NCBI GenBank assembly: GCA_963663225.1
Contig: OY760142.1
Coordinates: forward strand, 1,024,001-1,088,000
Direction: 5' to 3'
Origin: Nitrospirota bacterium
GTDB lineage: Bacteria > Nitrospirota > UBA9217
Length of the DNA stretch: 64,000 nt
The translations under genes were made by a program, and so were the position numbers. Of the stretch, positions 29,801-39,798 are shown piece by piece; positions within the stretch are counted from its first letter, which is position 1; every line of letters starts with the position of its first letter. The notes under the pieces were generated by a model that was given only the letters and a program-made list of their open reading frames with translations, did no database searches and was not told the origin of the DNA.

Positions 29801-30240
29801 GAGCCGTCGGATGGATCAAGGGAAAGCCGAACACGGCTGTTGATGGCGCTTTGGGTAGTGGCTACGGCAGAGGAAACAGATGCGGCGGTAGATGATGAAA
29901 AAGGAATAGATACGTTGACCAAATGCCGGAATATCTCGGTGCCGTCCTGACGGTACTGCATCACCGCGGTCCTGGTCCCCAGCCAAACAACACCGCGGCT
30001 GTTATCTGCTGCTACATCATCAAGAGATTGGGTCTGGATATACACACCCGGCCGGCCGTCTGTGCGCGAAACTCCGATACCCGTGCCTTCTTCTCCCACC
30101 CACAGCAACCGGGGCGGCATGCTTTCGGCTGCGGATGCTTGACCGACATATGAAAAAGGCTGTTGTCCGGAAAAGACCAGTTGTATTATTATAAAAACCA
30201 GTACATGAATTTTTTTTCGGACACAAGAGAACATAGCCAT
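26866..30240 (-). CDS. Large exported surface protein: beta-propeller-like repeats, several bacterial Ig-like domains, PKD-like domain, distinct C-terminal domain
   Basis: Signal-like N-terminus; SVDxxDGSxW-type repeats; Thr-rich DTxxPxIxITxP Ig repeats; YDTNGDG..GLYFPTVTVTD; ends KAKWEAMK..FVKGRNGLWKIRAF. GGAGG RBS. Confidence 0.75.
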   Translation of the reverse strand: MAMFSCVRKKIHVLVFIIIQLVFSGQQPFSYVGQASAAESMPPRLLWVGEEGTGIGVSRTDGRPGVYIQTQSLDDVAADNSRGVVWLGTRTAVMQYRQDGTEIFRHLVNVSIPFSSSTAASVSSAVATTQSAINSRVRLSLDPSDGSVWIGSGGELLKLSYGNQEVFRIGGFGGITAVSVDVSDGSCWMAEVHKITKYAPDGTALFSVPAGDSISITALAADPASHALWVGTEEGLGKLDALGQELFRTGEIAGIRDMEVNTATGSLWIVTVNEVHKYSKDNQKLLTVPLCPSSQQNNVSATATVSSGTVNRQTAQSSTCSAEFIAIAVDSADNTVWVATKDTLFKGSDVGDLLLQVPGYINIRALDIGLPKIGITITEPVDGAVFETSPITVRGTITDPTATVEVNGIQATVTNLDFEAAGVALASGNNTITATATNRVRQKATDTVHVTYNTPDSGALLVCPEAYLEQQPHPPVAGCAQQVPLGHVHYERGYILGRVNDTDATVVVDGIPLISGGYIYNRGRILQAGWTDTFFWARMRLSGPDGPYPVTITMTPEQGNQTAATVTFIKDTIAPNIAITSPPDGTITNSPTITVTGTVDDPAAVVQLDSDGANIPVTNGTFSFPYNMRPGEGIQYIGVSATDPALNRNSVIISVIRDTTSPQISITAPGEGTVTNSQTVNIAGTIIDQNPGTATVTVNTGAAQPLTMSGSGFTGTAALTNGINTLLFTATDRAGNSSTLSRTVILDQEPPTATVTGITANAVLTGTATITVTASDVLSGIRSVTLLVDNIVRTTLTQGPYTFSLETFTLASGNHTVTIRITDGAGNVTEQNFPVTVQHQFGIQIVSPPTGTTINKSTALIRGTINYPANQEIGITVNGVQAEQQGSSFAAIISLQQGPNTITATATNIYGIQEQATITINTDSIQERVRFTANPTSGIMTTKTDGTTGFETTINVESHITGTIANYSYDTNGDGIAEQQGATLTQITASYRIPGLYFPTVTVTDTLGNTYTETAIVNVLDRSTMDTLLKAKWEAMKGAVLAGSIEAALNYFIDTSKDRYRTIFNQIGSEGLTAIFSAFTDLITVSVGTIDAQYEAIRQENGSVSAYAVLFVKGRNGLWKIRAF

Positions 30241-30541
30241 AATCAGCGCCTCCTTGCCATCTATTCATTATAATAATATGCATAGAAGATGGCTGATTAT
30301 GGTTTTCTTTTTGCTGTTTGTAAATACCACAAATTGGGTATTTTATCGGAGAAATAAAAAATTGCAGGTTATTGCAGAAAGGCTCAAAGATAAGGATCGG
30401 GGACAATTTATATATATTTATAACTAATTTTTCTCTGTGCTACTTTCGAATAAAAACAGTTATTATCAGAACTTATCTCAGAAGCGGAAACGACCACCCC
30501 GCTCAGAAAGAATCGCGTCCTTAAGCAGACACAAATAGGTT

Positions 30542-31093
30542 CTAATCAATTTTTAAAAATTCTTGTGCAAGGTACTCACCGACATTGGTCGGCGTTATGA
30601 ATTTGTAATGATTTCTTGGCTTACTCGCAGTATACGTTGCCGCAAACAAAATTTCACCAGTTGCTACATCAATCAGCCTTGCCGAGCAGTTGGAAATATA
30701 ATCTCGGTACCCGCCGCTTGACAACCCGGCAAAACCATTTGCTATCGTTGCGCTCCCAACGATCATGGCATCTATTCCTTTTATTTTTCCGATAACCGAC
30801 TGCTGATTTTGCAGAAGACCCGTGAGAGAAAGTCCTTGTTCAGCCAAAATTTTGTCAAGTTGAGCCCTTTCTATTATCGTGAATCTGGACTTGACCAAAT
30901 TTGCGGACAGCGATTCTGCAACTGCCGATCCCATATCGGCAATGCTAGCGTCAAAAGGAACTATAGCAATTCTTTCAACTGATTTTAACCGTTGTGGATT
31001 GTTAACAAATTTCTTGGTTGTAATAGCGGAACACGCAGGTATGCAGACCAGACATATAATCAATATATTTAGCATCCAACTTGATTTTTTCAT
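30542..31093 (-). CDS. CsgG/HfaB-like lipoprotein
   Basis: Lipoprotein-like signal (IPAC), IAIVPFD, RFTIIERAQLDKILAEQ.L..TG, ARLIDVATGEI. Confidence 0.7.
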   Translation of the reverse strand: MKKSSWMLNILIICLVCIPACSAITTKKFVNNPQRLKSVERIAIVPFDASIADMGSAVAESLSANLVKSRFTIIERAQLDKILAEQGLSLTGLLQNQQSVIGKIKGIDAMIVGSATIANGFAGLSSGGYRDYISNCSARLIDVATGEILFAATYTASKPRNHYKFITPTNVGEYLAQEFLKID

Positions 31094-31175
31094 TGGTCTT
31101 CCTTCCTGTTCATCAGTGTTGATTTTGGATTATGAACATGATGGGCTTTTATCATTATCTGTAGTATAGTGCGCG

Positions 31176-31664
31176 TTATTTTGTATTTTCTTTAATTACC
31201 TGCCCCGGACTTACAAACGAAATCCCCTGACCGGACGTCGCGCCGATCATGACACATTCTATAATGGGAGCATTTATTATTTTTTGCGAGGACCACTTCA
31301 CGATAAAATTTGCGCCGACACCGCCCGCGGTATCGCTTTCCGGAATGTAAATGTAGGTTGATTCAAGAGGACCGAGAGTCACCGTTTGCTGATAGTACGT
31401 TCGCACCAGTTTCCCTTTTGTGTCAAAATAATTCGCAGTCAAGACAGTGAGAGAATTTGTCATATCGGTATTTCTTATGCTCAGGATGGCTGCCAGATAA
31501 AACGGGATCTGCTTGGGCGCGGTGAACACATTGGAATAAACCGGAACATAAACCGTCTGTCCCTTTGATAAATTATACTGTTCTGCGGCGACCCCTTCAT
31601 GGCAATAAATAAGGAGGGAAAGAAGCACTCCGTACTGCATCAGTTTGCAAAACAGCTTTCTCAT
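31176..31664 (-). CDS. DUF3124 domain exported protein
   Basis: GQTVYVPVYS, LSIRNTD, YFDTKG, GGVGANFIVKW, PIIECVMI, QGISFVSPG. GAGGAGG RBS. Confidence 0.85.
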   Translation of the reverse strand: MRKLFCKLMQYGVLLSLLIYCHEGVAAEQYNLSKGQTVYVPVYSNVFTAPKQIPFYLAAILSIRNTDMTNSLTVLTANYFDTKGKLVRTYYQQTVTLGPLESTYIYIPESDTAGGVGANFIVKWSSQKIINAPIIECVMIGATSGQGISFVSPGQVIKENTK

Positions 31665-31966
31665 ATCGCTACCTCCTCGTTGTTTACCGCCTGCACCGGC
31701 ATTTGTGTTTTTTTATCCGGCAAACTCCGGCAATTCCGTCCGGAATTATCAATAGTCGTCCGTCGTTGTCGTGATGTAACTATATCACAAAGCGCTGCTT
31801 CTGCAAGAGTCTGGCATGGTTTTTTTTAGAAGGAACGATTTGAGTGGAGTCCCCTCCGGCAGGAGCCGGAGGCCCCCTCGATAGACACGACCTCCCGCGA
31901 CGTACTGCATTCCTCCTCCGACGAGCGTCGGGGGATTCCATGTCGCAGGGATTAATTCCGCAGGAT

Positions 31967-34591
31967 TCAACTGCCGGAATCGGGCTGGTCGCCCTTGAGT
32001 ACGGTTTGAAGTGCTTTGCTTAAATCCGTAAGTTTATACGGTTTGGAAATGATGGCGGAAAAACCGTATTCCCGGTAATGTGCCATTATGGCATCCTGTG
32101 AATATCCGCTGGAAACGATTGCTTTAACGTAAGGGTCTGTTTTCAACAGCTCTTTTATGGCTTCCTCCCCCCCCATTCCACCCGGAATGGTCAGGTCCAT
32201 GATAACAGCATCAAAGGGCCGTACCGACGCGCGTGCTTTTTCATATGTTTCGATGGCTTCGCGTCCGTCCCTGGCATATTCGACCTCATATCCGAGACTG
32301 TCAAGCATCGCCCCTGTAACATCTCTCAACATTGCGTCATCGTCCATAATCAGAATTTTTCCATTTCCGTAAACCGGCTCGTCTGCAGCTGGTTTCTCTG
32401 CCGATGTTTGCTTCTGAGAAGCGGGGAGAAATACCGTAAAGACCGTCCCGGTTCCAACCGTGGATTTTACCATAATATATCCATCATGTTTCTTGATAAT
32501 GGAATAGGCTATGGCCAAACCGAGGCCGCTTCCACCCTGTTTTGTCGTAAAATACGGATCAAAAATCCTTTTCAGCTGGTCCGGCGGGATCCCTGCACCC
32601 TGGTCTTCCACGGTTATTTTTAAGTAATTTCCTTCCGGCAGCGGAATGCCTTCTTTCGCACCCAGTACGGCTTTTTTCACGCACACCCGGATAATGCCGC
32701 CTTCAGGCATTGCCTGGTCCGCATTGAGAACAAGATTGTGAATGACCTGACTTACCTGTCCTTCATCGGCTTCTATCGGCCATAAATCATCCGCCAGGTT
32801 CAGTTCACACTTTACATTGGATCCCCGTAATGAAAATATCGCCGACTCCCTTATTATTTCGCTGAACGTCGTCGTTTTTTTTACCGGCGCACCTCCGCGG
32901 GAAAAGGTGAGCAGCTGGTGCGTCAGGTCCCTTGCCCGCAGAGTCGCATGCTCGGCCATTGCGAGTTTCGCGTGCAATTCATGGTCCGGCCCCAGGGACA
33001 ACTTTACCAAACTGATATTTCCCATGATCGAGGTAAGAATATTGTTGAAATCATGCGCGATACCGCCGGCAAGAATGCCGATTGATTCTAGATTCTGAAC
33101 TTTCCGAATCTCCTCCTCCATCTTTTTCCGGTCTGTGATATCCGTCATGACGACCATGATACTGCTGATCCGTCCCTGCGCATCATGCAGCGGCGATGCG
33201 GAGATACTGATGTCTGCCGGGGTGCCGTTCTTTCGTTTTAAAATGATTTCCTCGTCAGAAAACGATACACCGCGCAACACCCGGTTTCTGAGCAGCTGAA
33301 GCTCCTCGCGGTCCGATTCCTGCAACTGTGAATAAAACCTGCCGATTATTTCATCCTTGCCCCAGCCGAAAATCCGCTCGGCCGTTTCATTCCACATCGT
33401 AACATTCCCTTCCGGACTGAGCGTCATGATTGCGGCAGGCGAGGCTTGCAAAGTGGCATTCAGTCTGTCATTGGCGTCCCGCAGCGCCTCCTCGGTCTTC
33501 TTTAAAGCGGTAATATTGGTGGCCGCGCAAACAGCACCGAGCAGCATTCCGCCACTGAAACTGATAAGGGAGCCGGAAAAAAGCATCGGCACTTTTTCAC
33601 CGCGTTTGGTGAGATACTCAATTTCAACGTTATTAATCAGCTTTCCCCGGAATATGTCTTCGATTATGCTCTTCACAGCCGAAGGCTGCCCCAGTATCAA
33701 ATCGAACGGCCGCCCGATCAGTTCCTTCTGATCATACTCAAGCTGCCGGCATGCGGTCTGGTTGGCCAGAGTAATTGTTCCGTCCGAGGAAATAACGAAC
33801 AATGTATCGACCATGCTGTTGATAATGCTGTCTACGTAATATTTGGACACGCTTGTTTTTTCCAGATCCTCGGCCATCCGGTTGAAACTGTCCACCAGCA
33901 TCTGCATTTCTCCGGTTGTGGCGGCTCTCACCGGCGTAAATATGTCTCCTTTTGCAAGCCGGGATGCGGCCTGTCCAAGCTCCATGATCGGATCTATCAG
34001 CGTCTTTCCGGATATAATATACAGCGTTATCCCAACTGCGCATCCGGCCAGAATGCTCAGGAGGACGACTAAATAAATCGTCTTGGCAATTTGACCGGTA
34101 ATGGCATGTTGTGACATGCCGACCGTGACTTTACCAAGACTCTCGGCCCCGTGCAGGATCGGTTCCGATATTTCCCGGATAACAACTTGTTTATTGATTC
34201 TTTCGATGCTGTCCGCCAAATCATTTTCTCCTGCCAGCATCGGGAGGAAGTTTTTCATACCAGGCCATTTAAAATTGATGCTTTCACTTTTCGTAGTCAG
34301 TATTTTCCCGCTGCGGTCTGCGATAATTACATAAATGATTTCTTCGTCTGTGATCGGTTCGGTATAAACGACCTGCTGCTGCGCGCCGTCGTGCATGGTC
34401 ATAAGTTTCTCATTATGGCGTGCGATTTCAGAGGCTAATGCAGATGCTTTCTTCGTCAGGGAATTCTCAAGAATTGATCCAACCGTGAGCGCGATTGTCA
34501 CACTCAGAACGCAGGTGCTCAGCAACAGGACAAGGGATATGTCCCGCAACAGTTTATACCGTATACTTTTTTTAAAATTCCTTTTAACCAT
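31967..34591 (-). CDS. Hybrid sensor histidine kinase (TM-HAMP-PAS-PAS-HisKA-HATPase-REC)
   Basis: GGIAHDFNNILT, NADQAMP, YFTTK, GSGLGL, and REC motifs IMDDD, MDLTIPG, KPY. Confidence 0.92.
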   Translation of the reverse strand: MVKRNFKKSIRYKLLRDISLVLLLSTCVLSVTIALTVGSILENSLTKKASALASEIARHNEKLMTMHDGAQQQVVYTEPITDEEIIYVIIADRSGKILTTKSESINFKWPGMKNFLPMLAGENDLADSIERINKQVVIREISEPILHGAESLGKVTVGMSQHAITGQIAKTIYLVVLLSILAGCAVGITLYIISGKTLIDPIMELGQAASRLAKGDIFTPVRAATTGEMQMLVDSFNRMAEDLEKTSVSKYYVDSIINSMVDTLFVISSDGTITLANQTACRQLEYDQKELIGRPFDLILGQPSAVKSIIEDIFRGKLINNVEIEYLTKRGEKVPMLFSGSLISFSGGMLLGAVCAATNITALKKTEEALRDANDRLNATLQASPAAIMTLSPEGNVTMWNETAERIFGWGKDEIIGRFYSQLQESDREELQLLRNRVLRGVSFSDEEIILKRKNGTPADISISASPLHDAQGRISSIMVVMTDITDRKKMEEEIRKVQNLESIGILAGGIAHDFNNILTSIMGNISLVKLSLGPDHELHAKLAMAEHATLRARDLTHQLLTFSRGGAPVKKTTTFSEIIRESAIFSLRGSNVKCELNLADDLWPIEADEGQVSQVIHNLVLNADQAMPEGGIIRVCVKKAVLGAKEGIPLPEGNYLKITVEDQGAGIPPDQLKRIFDPYFTTKQGGSGLGLAIAYSIIKKHDGYIMVKSTVGTGTVFTVFLPASQKQTSAEKPAADEPVYGNGKILIMDDDAMLRDVTGAMLDSLGYEVEYARDGREAIETYEKARASVRPFDAVIMDLTIPGGMGGEEAIKELLKTDPYVKAIVSSGYSQDAIMAHYREYGFSAIISKPYKLTDLSKALQTVLKGDQPDSGS

Positions 34592-34836
34592 GCATGCTTT
34601 CCCGGGACCGGCAGCCGCCAGGGATCAGCTCTCTTTCCTCATCTGGCCGATTCATAAACCTGTTATCTCGTATCTCTTATCGGCTCCTGCCATAACAACT
34701 TAAGTCCGGTTGAGGCATGATACGACTATGGTTTTGTAAAAATCCTTTGCTATATCTTTACTGCTGGGTTATTATAACCAGTTATACACATGCCAATATG
34801 GCAGTCATTTTTTTCAAAAAGTAAAGGTTCTCTCAC

Positions 34837-36699
34837 ATGATCCAGGTTACCAATATAGAAAAATCCTACGGCAAACAAGTACTGTTCGACGGAGTAAGCT
34901 TCACCATAAATCCGCACGAACGCGTCGGCCTTGTCGGTAGGAACGGCCATGGAAAATCCACACTCTTTCGCATGATTCTGGGTGAGGAGCATCAGGATAC
35001 CGGCGTGATCACGATCCCTTCGGGATATACCATTGGCCATCTTTCCCAGCACATCCACTTCACCGGACCAACGGTGCTTCAGGAGGCCTGCCTCGCCCTC
35101 CCGCTCAATGAGGACCATGTGGATGAAACATACAAGGCAGAGGCGATTCTCCATGGGCTTGGATTCGCTTCTGATGATTTCACCAAGCCGCCTTCATCAT
35201 TGTCCGGAGGATATCAGGTCCGGTTGAATCTCGCTAAGGTGCTCATCTCGGAGCCGAACCTGTTGCTTCTGGACGAACCGACGAACTACCTCGACATTGT
35301 TTCAGTCCGCTGGCTCACCAATTTTTTACGCGCATGGAGAAACGAACTCATCATCATCACGCATGACCGTGAATTCATGGACGGCGTAACGACCCATACC
35401 ATGATCATTCACCGCTGTAAAATCAGGAAAATAGCCGGCGGCACGCAGAAGCTATACGATCAAATCCTTCTGGAAGAAGAAATCTACGAAAAAACGCGCC
35501 AGAACGATGAAAAAAAGCGCCGCGAAATCGAGCAATTCATCAATCGTTTTCGCGCTCAGGCGACCAAGGCGCGGGCGGTCCAATCCCGCATTAAAGCGCT
35601 GGAAAAACACGAACAGCTTGGCAAACTGGAAGAAATCAAAAACCTTGACTTCAAATTCCGCTCGTCGCCTTTCGAAGCAAAATGGCTGATGACTATTGAA
35701 GATCTGGCTTTTTCCTTCTCTCCGGACGCTCAAAAACTCATTGAGGGACTGTCCTTTGCCGTCGGAAAGAACGACCGCATCGCAGTCATTGGGAAAAACG
35801 GCAAGGGAAAAACAACCCTCCTGAACCTGCTGGCACAGGAGCTTTCCCCCACCGGCGGGGAGATTAAAACGCACCCCAATACAAAAATCGCCTATTTTGG
35901 CCAGACCAACATCAACCGCCTGATCCCTTCCCGTACGGCCCTCGACGAAATCATGAACGCGCACCCCGACCACAGCCATAACATTGCGCGTTCCATCTGC
36001 GGTCTCATGATGTTTGAGGGCGACAATGCGCTTAAAAAAGTCAGCGTTCTTTCCGGCGGAGAAAAAAGCCGCGTTCTGCTCGGCAAACTTCTTTTGTCCC
36101 CGGCCAACCTCCTGCTTCTCGACGAACCGACAAACCACCTTGACATGGAATCCATCGATTCTCTGATTGAAGCCATCGAGGATTTTGATGGCGCAGTCAT
36201 TATTGTGACGCACAGTGAGATGATCCTGGAAGCAGTTGCGACAAAATTGATTGTGTTCGACAACGATATGGTCAGCCTTTTCGAAGGAACATATTTCGAT
36301 TTTCTGGAACGGGTGGGATGGCAGGACGAAGGTGGTGTGCGTACCCGGCCTGCAAAGAAAAAAGACGCCGCTCAAAAAACAGCGAACAAAAAGGATGCAA
36401 AAAAAATAAAAACGGCCCTCATTGCCGACAAATCAAAAGCGCTCAGCGCACTCAAGAACAGAACCGCGGCCCTTGAAGCGGAAATTACGGACATTGAGCA
36501 GCGGGTGGAGCAGGACACCCAGGCGTTGCTCGATGCATCAGTAAAAGGTGAAGCCCTTGCAATCAGGCGGTTATCCCAGTCCGTCAGTGAAGACAAGGCA
36601 AAAATCGATGCGCTCTTTGCGGAGCTTGAATCCGTGACAAGTGAGCATGATGCCAAAGCAAAGGAGTTTGATCTCCAGATGCAGGAGCTCGATCGGTAA
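34837..36699 (+). CDS. ABC-F family ATPase with C-terminal coiled coil (Uup/YheS-like)
   Basis: Two ABC domains ([21 protein letters not shown]; [14 protein letters not shown]) and no TM segment. Confidence 0.9.
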   Translation: MIQVTNIEKSYGKQVLFDGVSFTINPHERVGLVGRNGHGKSTLFRMILGEEHQDTGVITIPSGYTIGHLSQHIHFTGPTVLQEACLALPLNEDHVDETYKAEAILHGLGFASDDFTKPPSSLSGGYQVRLNLAKVLISEPNLLLLDEPTNYLDIVSVRWLTNFLRAWRNELIIITHDREFMDGVTTHTMIIHRCKIRKIAGGTQKLYDQILLEEEIYEKTRQNDEKKRREIEQFINRFRAQATKARAVQSRIKALEKHEQLGKLEEIKNLDFKFRSSPFEAKWLMTIEDLAFSFSPDAQKLIEGLSFAVGKNDRIAVIGKNGKGKTTLLNLLAQELSPTGGEIKTHPNTKIAYFGQTNINRLIPSRTALDEIMNAHPDHSHNIARSICGLMMFEGDNALKKVSVLSGGEKSRVLLGKLLLSPANLLLLDEPTNHLDMESIDSLIEAIEDFDGAVIIVTHSEMILEAVATKLIVFDNDMVSLFEGTYFDFLERVGWQDEGGVRTRPAKKKDAAQKTANKKDAKKIKTALIADKSKALSALKNRTAALEAEITDIEQRVEQDTQALLDASVKGEALAIRRLSQSVSEDKAKIDALFAELESVTSEHDAKAKEFDLQMQELDR

Positions 36700-36718
36700 T
36701 CTGTTTTTTACCGGCGGA

Positions 36719-38341
36719 TCAAATTTTGAACTGTTGGGCGATGGTTTGCAGCCCGGCAGAAAGCGTCGACAGCTCCGCGGACGCGCCTGCGATTTGCTCC
36801 GCTCCGGAGGACGTCTCTTTCGATGTGGCCGCGACACCGGCAATATCCGATGTAATCGTTTCCGCAACTGTCGACATTTCCTCCGTTGCCGAAGCGATCT
36901 GCTGGACCATTTCCTGCAGCTCGGTGATGCTCTTCGTGATCAGCGCGAGCGCCGAGCCGGCCTCCCGGGACAGACTTACCCCGGACTCTACGCGCTCGAA
37001 ACTGCCGTTCATGGCTGAGATAGCCCCTTCAGTCTCGTCCTGTACCGCCTTAATCATGCCGCCAATCTCCGTGGTGGCATGTGCGGACCGTTCTGCCAGT
37101 TTTCGCACTTCATCAGCGACCACGGCGAATCCTCTGCCCTCCTCGCCCGCCCGAGCGGCTTCGATTGCCGCATTCAGCGCCAACAGATTCGTTTGCTCGG
37201 CAATGGACCTGATCACTTCCAGGATTTCCCCAATCTGTTTTGATCGCCCTCCCAAAGAGGTGATGAGCCGAGAGCTTTCGGACATTGATTTTGCAATGTC
37301 CTGAACTTCCGCCACGGTTTTTATGACGATCGCCTCGCCGTCCTGCGCCGTCTTCAGCGCTTTTTCTGAAGATGTAGCGATATTTGAGGCATTTTTCGCT
37401 ATGTCGACTATGGTCTGGGACATCTCCGTAGTTGACGTCGCTAGCTGTGTCACCCGTGCGGCCTGATCAGCCATTCCCTGCGATATCTGCCGGGCGTTCG
37501 AACTCAAATCTCCGCTGCCGGATGCAACGCGCTCCGCGGACGATTGTATATTGCCGACAATTCCCTTTAATTTTCCGACCATGCCGGTCAGCATTGCGCA
37601 CAATTGACCTACTTCATCTCTGCATTGTTCCGTGATGGTAACGGTAAGGTCCCCGTTTGCAACGCGTTCAGCCGCACCCGTTGCTGTTTTAAGCTGTTTT
37701 CTGATCCCAAATGTTATCCATCCGGCGAACACGCCCGACAAGACCACGGCGCAGATTGTAAAAATAATGAGCAGCAGTATCGCTTTCTTTTCGGCCTTTT
37801 CCGCATCCGCCCCGGCCTCCTGCGTCATTTTTACTTCATACTGCGTCAATGCTTCTATAGCAGGCATATAGCGTTCGCGTTGAATCTTCCGGACATCAAC
37901 CAGGCGGAGCTGCTTGGCTGCCTCGATTCTGTTTTCCTTCATCAACTGGATGAACGTTCTCATCGCATCGTCATACTCTTTTTTCGCAGGCGTGAATGCT
38001 TCATATAATTTTTTCCCTTCTGGGGTATCCGCACCTGCGCTCAGCTTTTCAATATTTATGTCTATATCCTGCATCGCTTTCTCGATCCGGACAAGGTCTT
38101 TTTGCACCTCCGCCTTGTCGTTCAGCAAAAAAACGCCGAATGAAGACCGGGCAATGATGTTTGTTTTATCAAGGGTGTTGTTCGCAAGCACCGCACGCGA
38201 AAAATGATTGTTCGTAATGTCCTTCAGACAGGTGCCGATATTCCGGTACCCGTGGATGCTGATCCCGACAATGGCGAACATTATCAGAATAACAAGCCCG
38301 AACCCGATGATAAGCCTGGCACAGATTTTTAAATTCTTCAT
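36719..38341 (-). CDS. Methyl-accepting chemotaxis protein (four-helix-bundle sensor, HAMP)
   Basis: [37 protein letters not shown] and two TM segments. GGAGG RBS before ATG 38341. Confidence 0.95.
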   Translation of the reverse strand: MKNLKICARLIIGFGLVILIMFAIVGISIHGYRNIGTCLKDITNNHFSRAVLANNTLDKTNIIARSSFGVFLLNDKAEVQKDLVRIEKAMQDIDINIEKLSAGADTPEGKKLYEAFTPAKKEYDDAMRTFIQLMKENRIEAAKQLRLVDVRKIQRERYMPAIEALTQYEVKMTQEAGADAEKAEKKAILLLIIFTICAVVLSGVFAGWITFGIRKQLKTATGAAERVANGDLTVTITEQCRDEVGQLCAMLTGMVGKLKGIVGNIQSSAERVASGSGDLSSNARQISQGMADQAARVTQLATSTTEMSQTIVDIAKNASNIATSSEKALKTAQDGEAIVIKTVAEVQDIAKSMSESSRLITSLGGRSKQIGEILEVIRSIAEQTNLLALNAAIEAARAGEEGRGFAVVADEVRKLAERSAHATTEIGGMIKAVQDETEGAISAMNGSFERVESGVSLSREAGSALALITKSITELQEMVQQIASATEEMSTVAETITSDIAGVAATSKETSSGAEQIAGASAELSTLSAGLQTIAQQFKI

Positions 38342-38404
38342 GGACACTCCTCCGCGTTGCCGAACGCTTCTTATCATTAATCCGAACATCAGACGCTGTC
38401 TTTC

Positions 38405-38431
38405 TTGTCGGCTCTTTTGTTGCAAACTTTA
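38405..38431 (-). promoter_or_regulatory. Sigma-28 (FliA) promoter of the MCP
   Basis: Minus strand TAAAGTTT-N11-GCCGACAA, against consensus TAAAGTTT-N11-GCCGATAA. Confidence 0.85.
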
Positions 38432-38624
38432 GCAACCTGCATGCAAGTATGCATACTGCGGAGAAGTTTCCTGCAAATCGACGCATAGTACCATAGTAAG
38501 AGAACTTTATTATTTCAGTCGAAACGAGAAGAGAAAAAAAGAAGGTTGCCTGCACTGCACTGAAGATCAAGGGCAGACAGCAGAAGGAATGTATTGCAGA
38601 AATTGCTTTATCAAAATCGCATCA

Positions 38625-38939
38625 TCACTTAATGTACGAGCAGCAGTAGTCTGTCACCACCTTCACTTTGAGCTGAAACTTTGCGTCCGCCGGAACTTCA
38701 AAGGACTGGCCGCTTTTGATCGTTATCCAGTTTTTTTCACCGGGCAACAGCACATCAAGCTCTCCTGACATGATTTCCATGAGTTCTTTTTCTTTTGTAC
38801 CGAACTCGTATTCTCCCGGAAGCATTATTCCGAGTGTTTTCCGGGAACCATCGGGGAAAAGTACTGTTCTGCTCACGACGTTACCGTTAAAATAAATGTT
38901 TGCTTCCCGCACTATTGAGACATTCCTGAACTCCGACAT
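38625..38939 (-). CDS. ppnP: Pyrimidine/purine nucleoside phosphorylase (DUF1255/YaiE)
   Basis: [40 protein letters not shown]. Confidence 0.9.
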   Translation of the reverse strand: MSEFRNVSIVREANIYFNGNVVSRTVLFPDGSRKTLGIMLPGEYEFGTKEKELMEIMSGELDVLLPGEKNWITIKSGQSFEVPADAKFQLKVKVVTDYCCSYIK

Positions 38940-39798
38940 CGTTCCTCCTTATAAAAAAACTATTTAAGTAAAAACCGAATCAATTATCCAAGTGGCAGCA
39001 GTTGTATTTTTAATAAATCCAGCTGACTACTGATCGTATCGTAGCACATATGTTTTCACAAAACAATCTTGTACTCAAAAGGTACTATAAAAATCGTGCA
39101 TACAAAATACGAATATTTTTAATTCGCAGTGATGTTCTTCCTTGAAAAGTCTAAAGACTTTTGCTAGACTTTGAAACAATGTGTAATTAATACAATCATC
39201 ATTCATGGCACTTCTGGAAATATACCCTGCGAGAAAAGCGCCATGCAAGTGTGAAGAGACCACGGATGCCGCTTCGACACAAGAGGTGTCGTATGGCGAA
39301 GTTCAAAAATAACGGCGATTCCCAAAACAGTATTCTTTCAAAAAAAATCCTCCTGCAAATCCATCCCTGCGTCCCTGACTTTTCTGCGCAGTCTCTCACC
39401 AACAACGCAACAATTTCTCTCGTCTCCAAATTCGGCATCAAATCAATCACCAACCGCACTTCCTCATACGGTCCGCAATTTTATTATACAAGCTGCCAGC
39501 TTCTTTTTCTTATAAAATAGTTTTTTCAGGATCAGCTCCTGCAGCGGACCTGAAATATACGGGTTGCTGCCGTCTTTCGCCGTCTGCATTTAAAAAAGGA
39601 AAAGGAGGTGGTAGACAAACAATACTTAACAAGCATATACAATTGGAAGGAGGTGAAAATAACTGCTGATTTAAAGGCGCAGCACTATTCACTGCATGTT
39701 TACTCGAATTGCGCCGTCTGTTGGCAAGGCTTGATCTTGGTATAGTGCCAGGTCAGGTGAATTGTGCGTTTAACAACTTTGCCGATAAGGAGGTAATA

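Noticed and set aside
22835-31175. Calling the accessory locus a mobile element or prophage
   Set aside because: No integrase, transposase, phage gene, tRNA target or flanking direct repeat was recognised.
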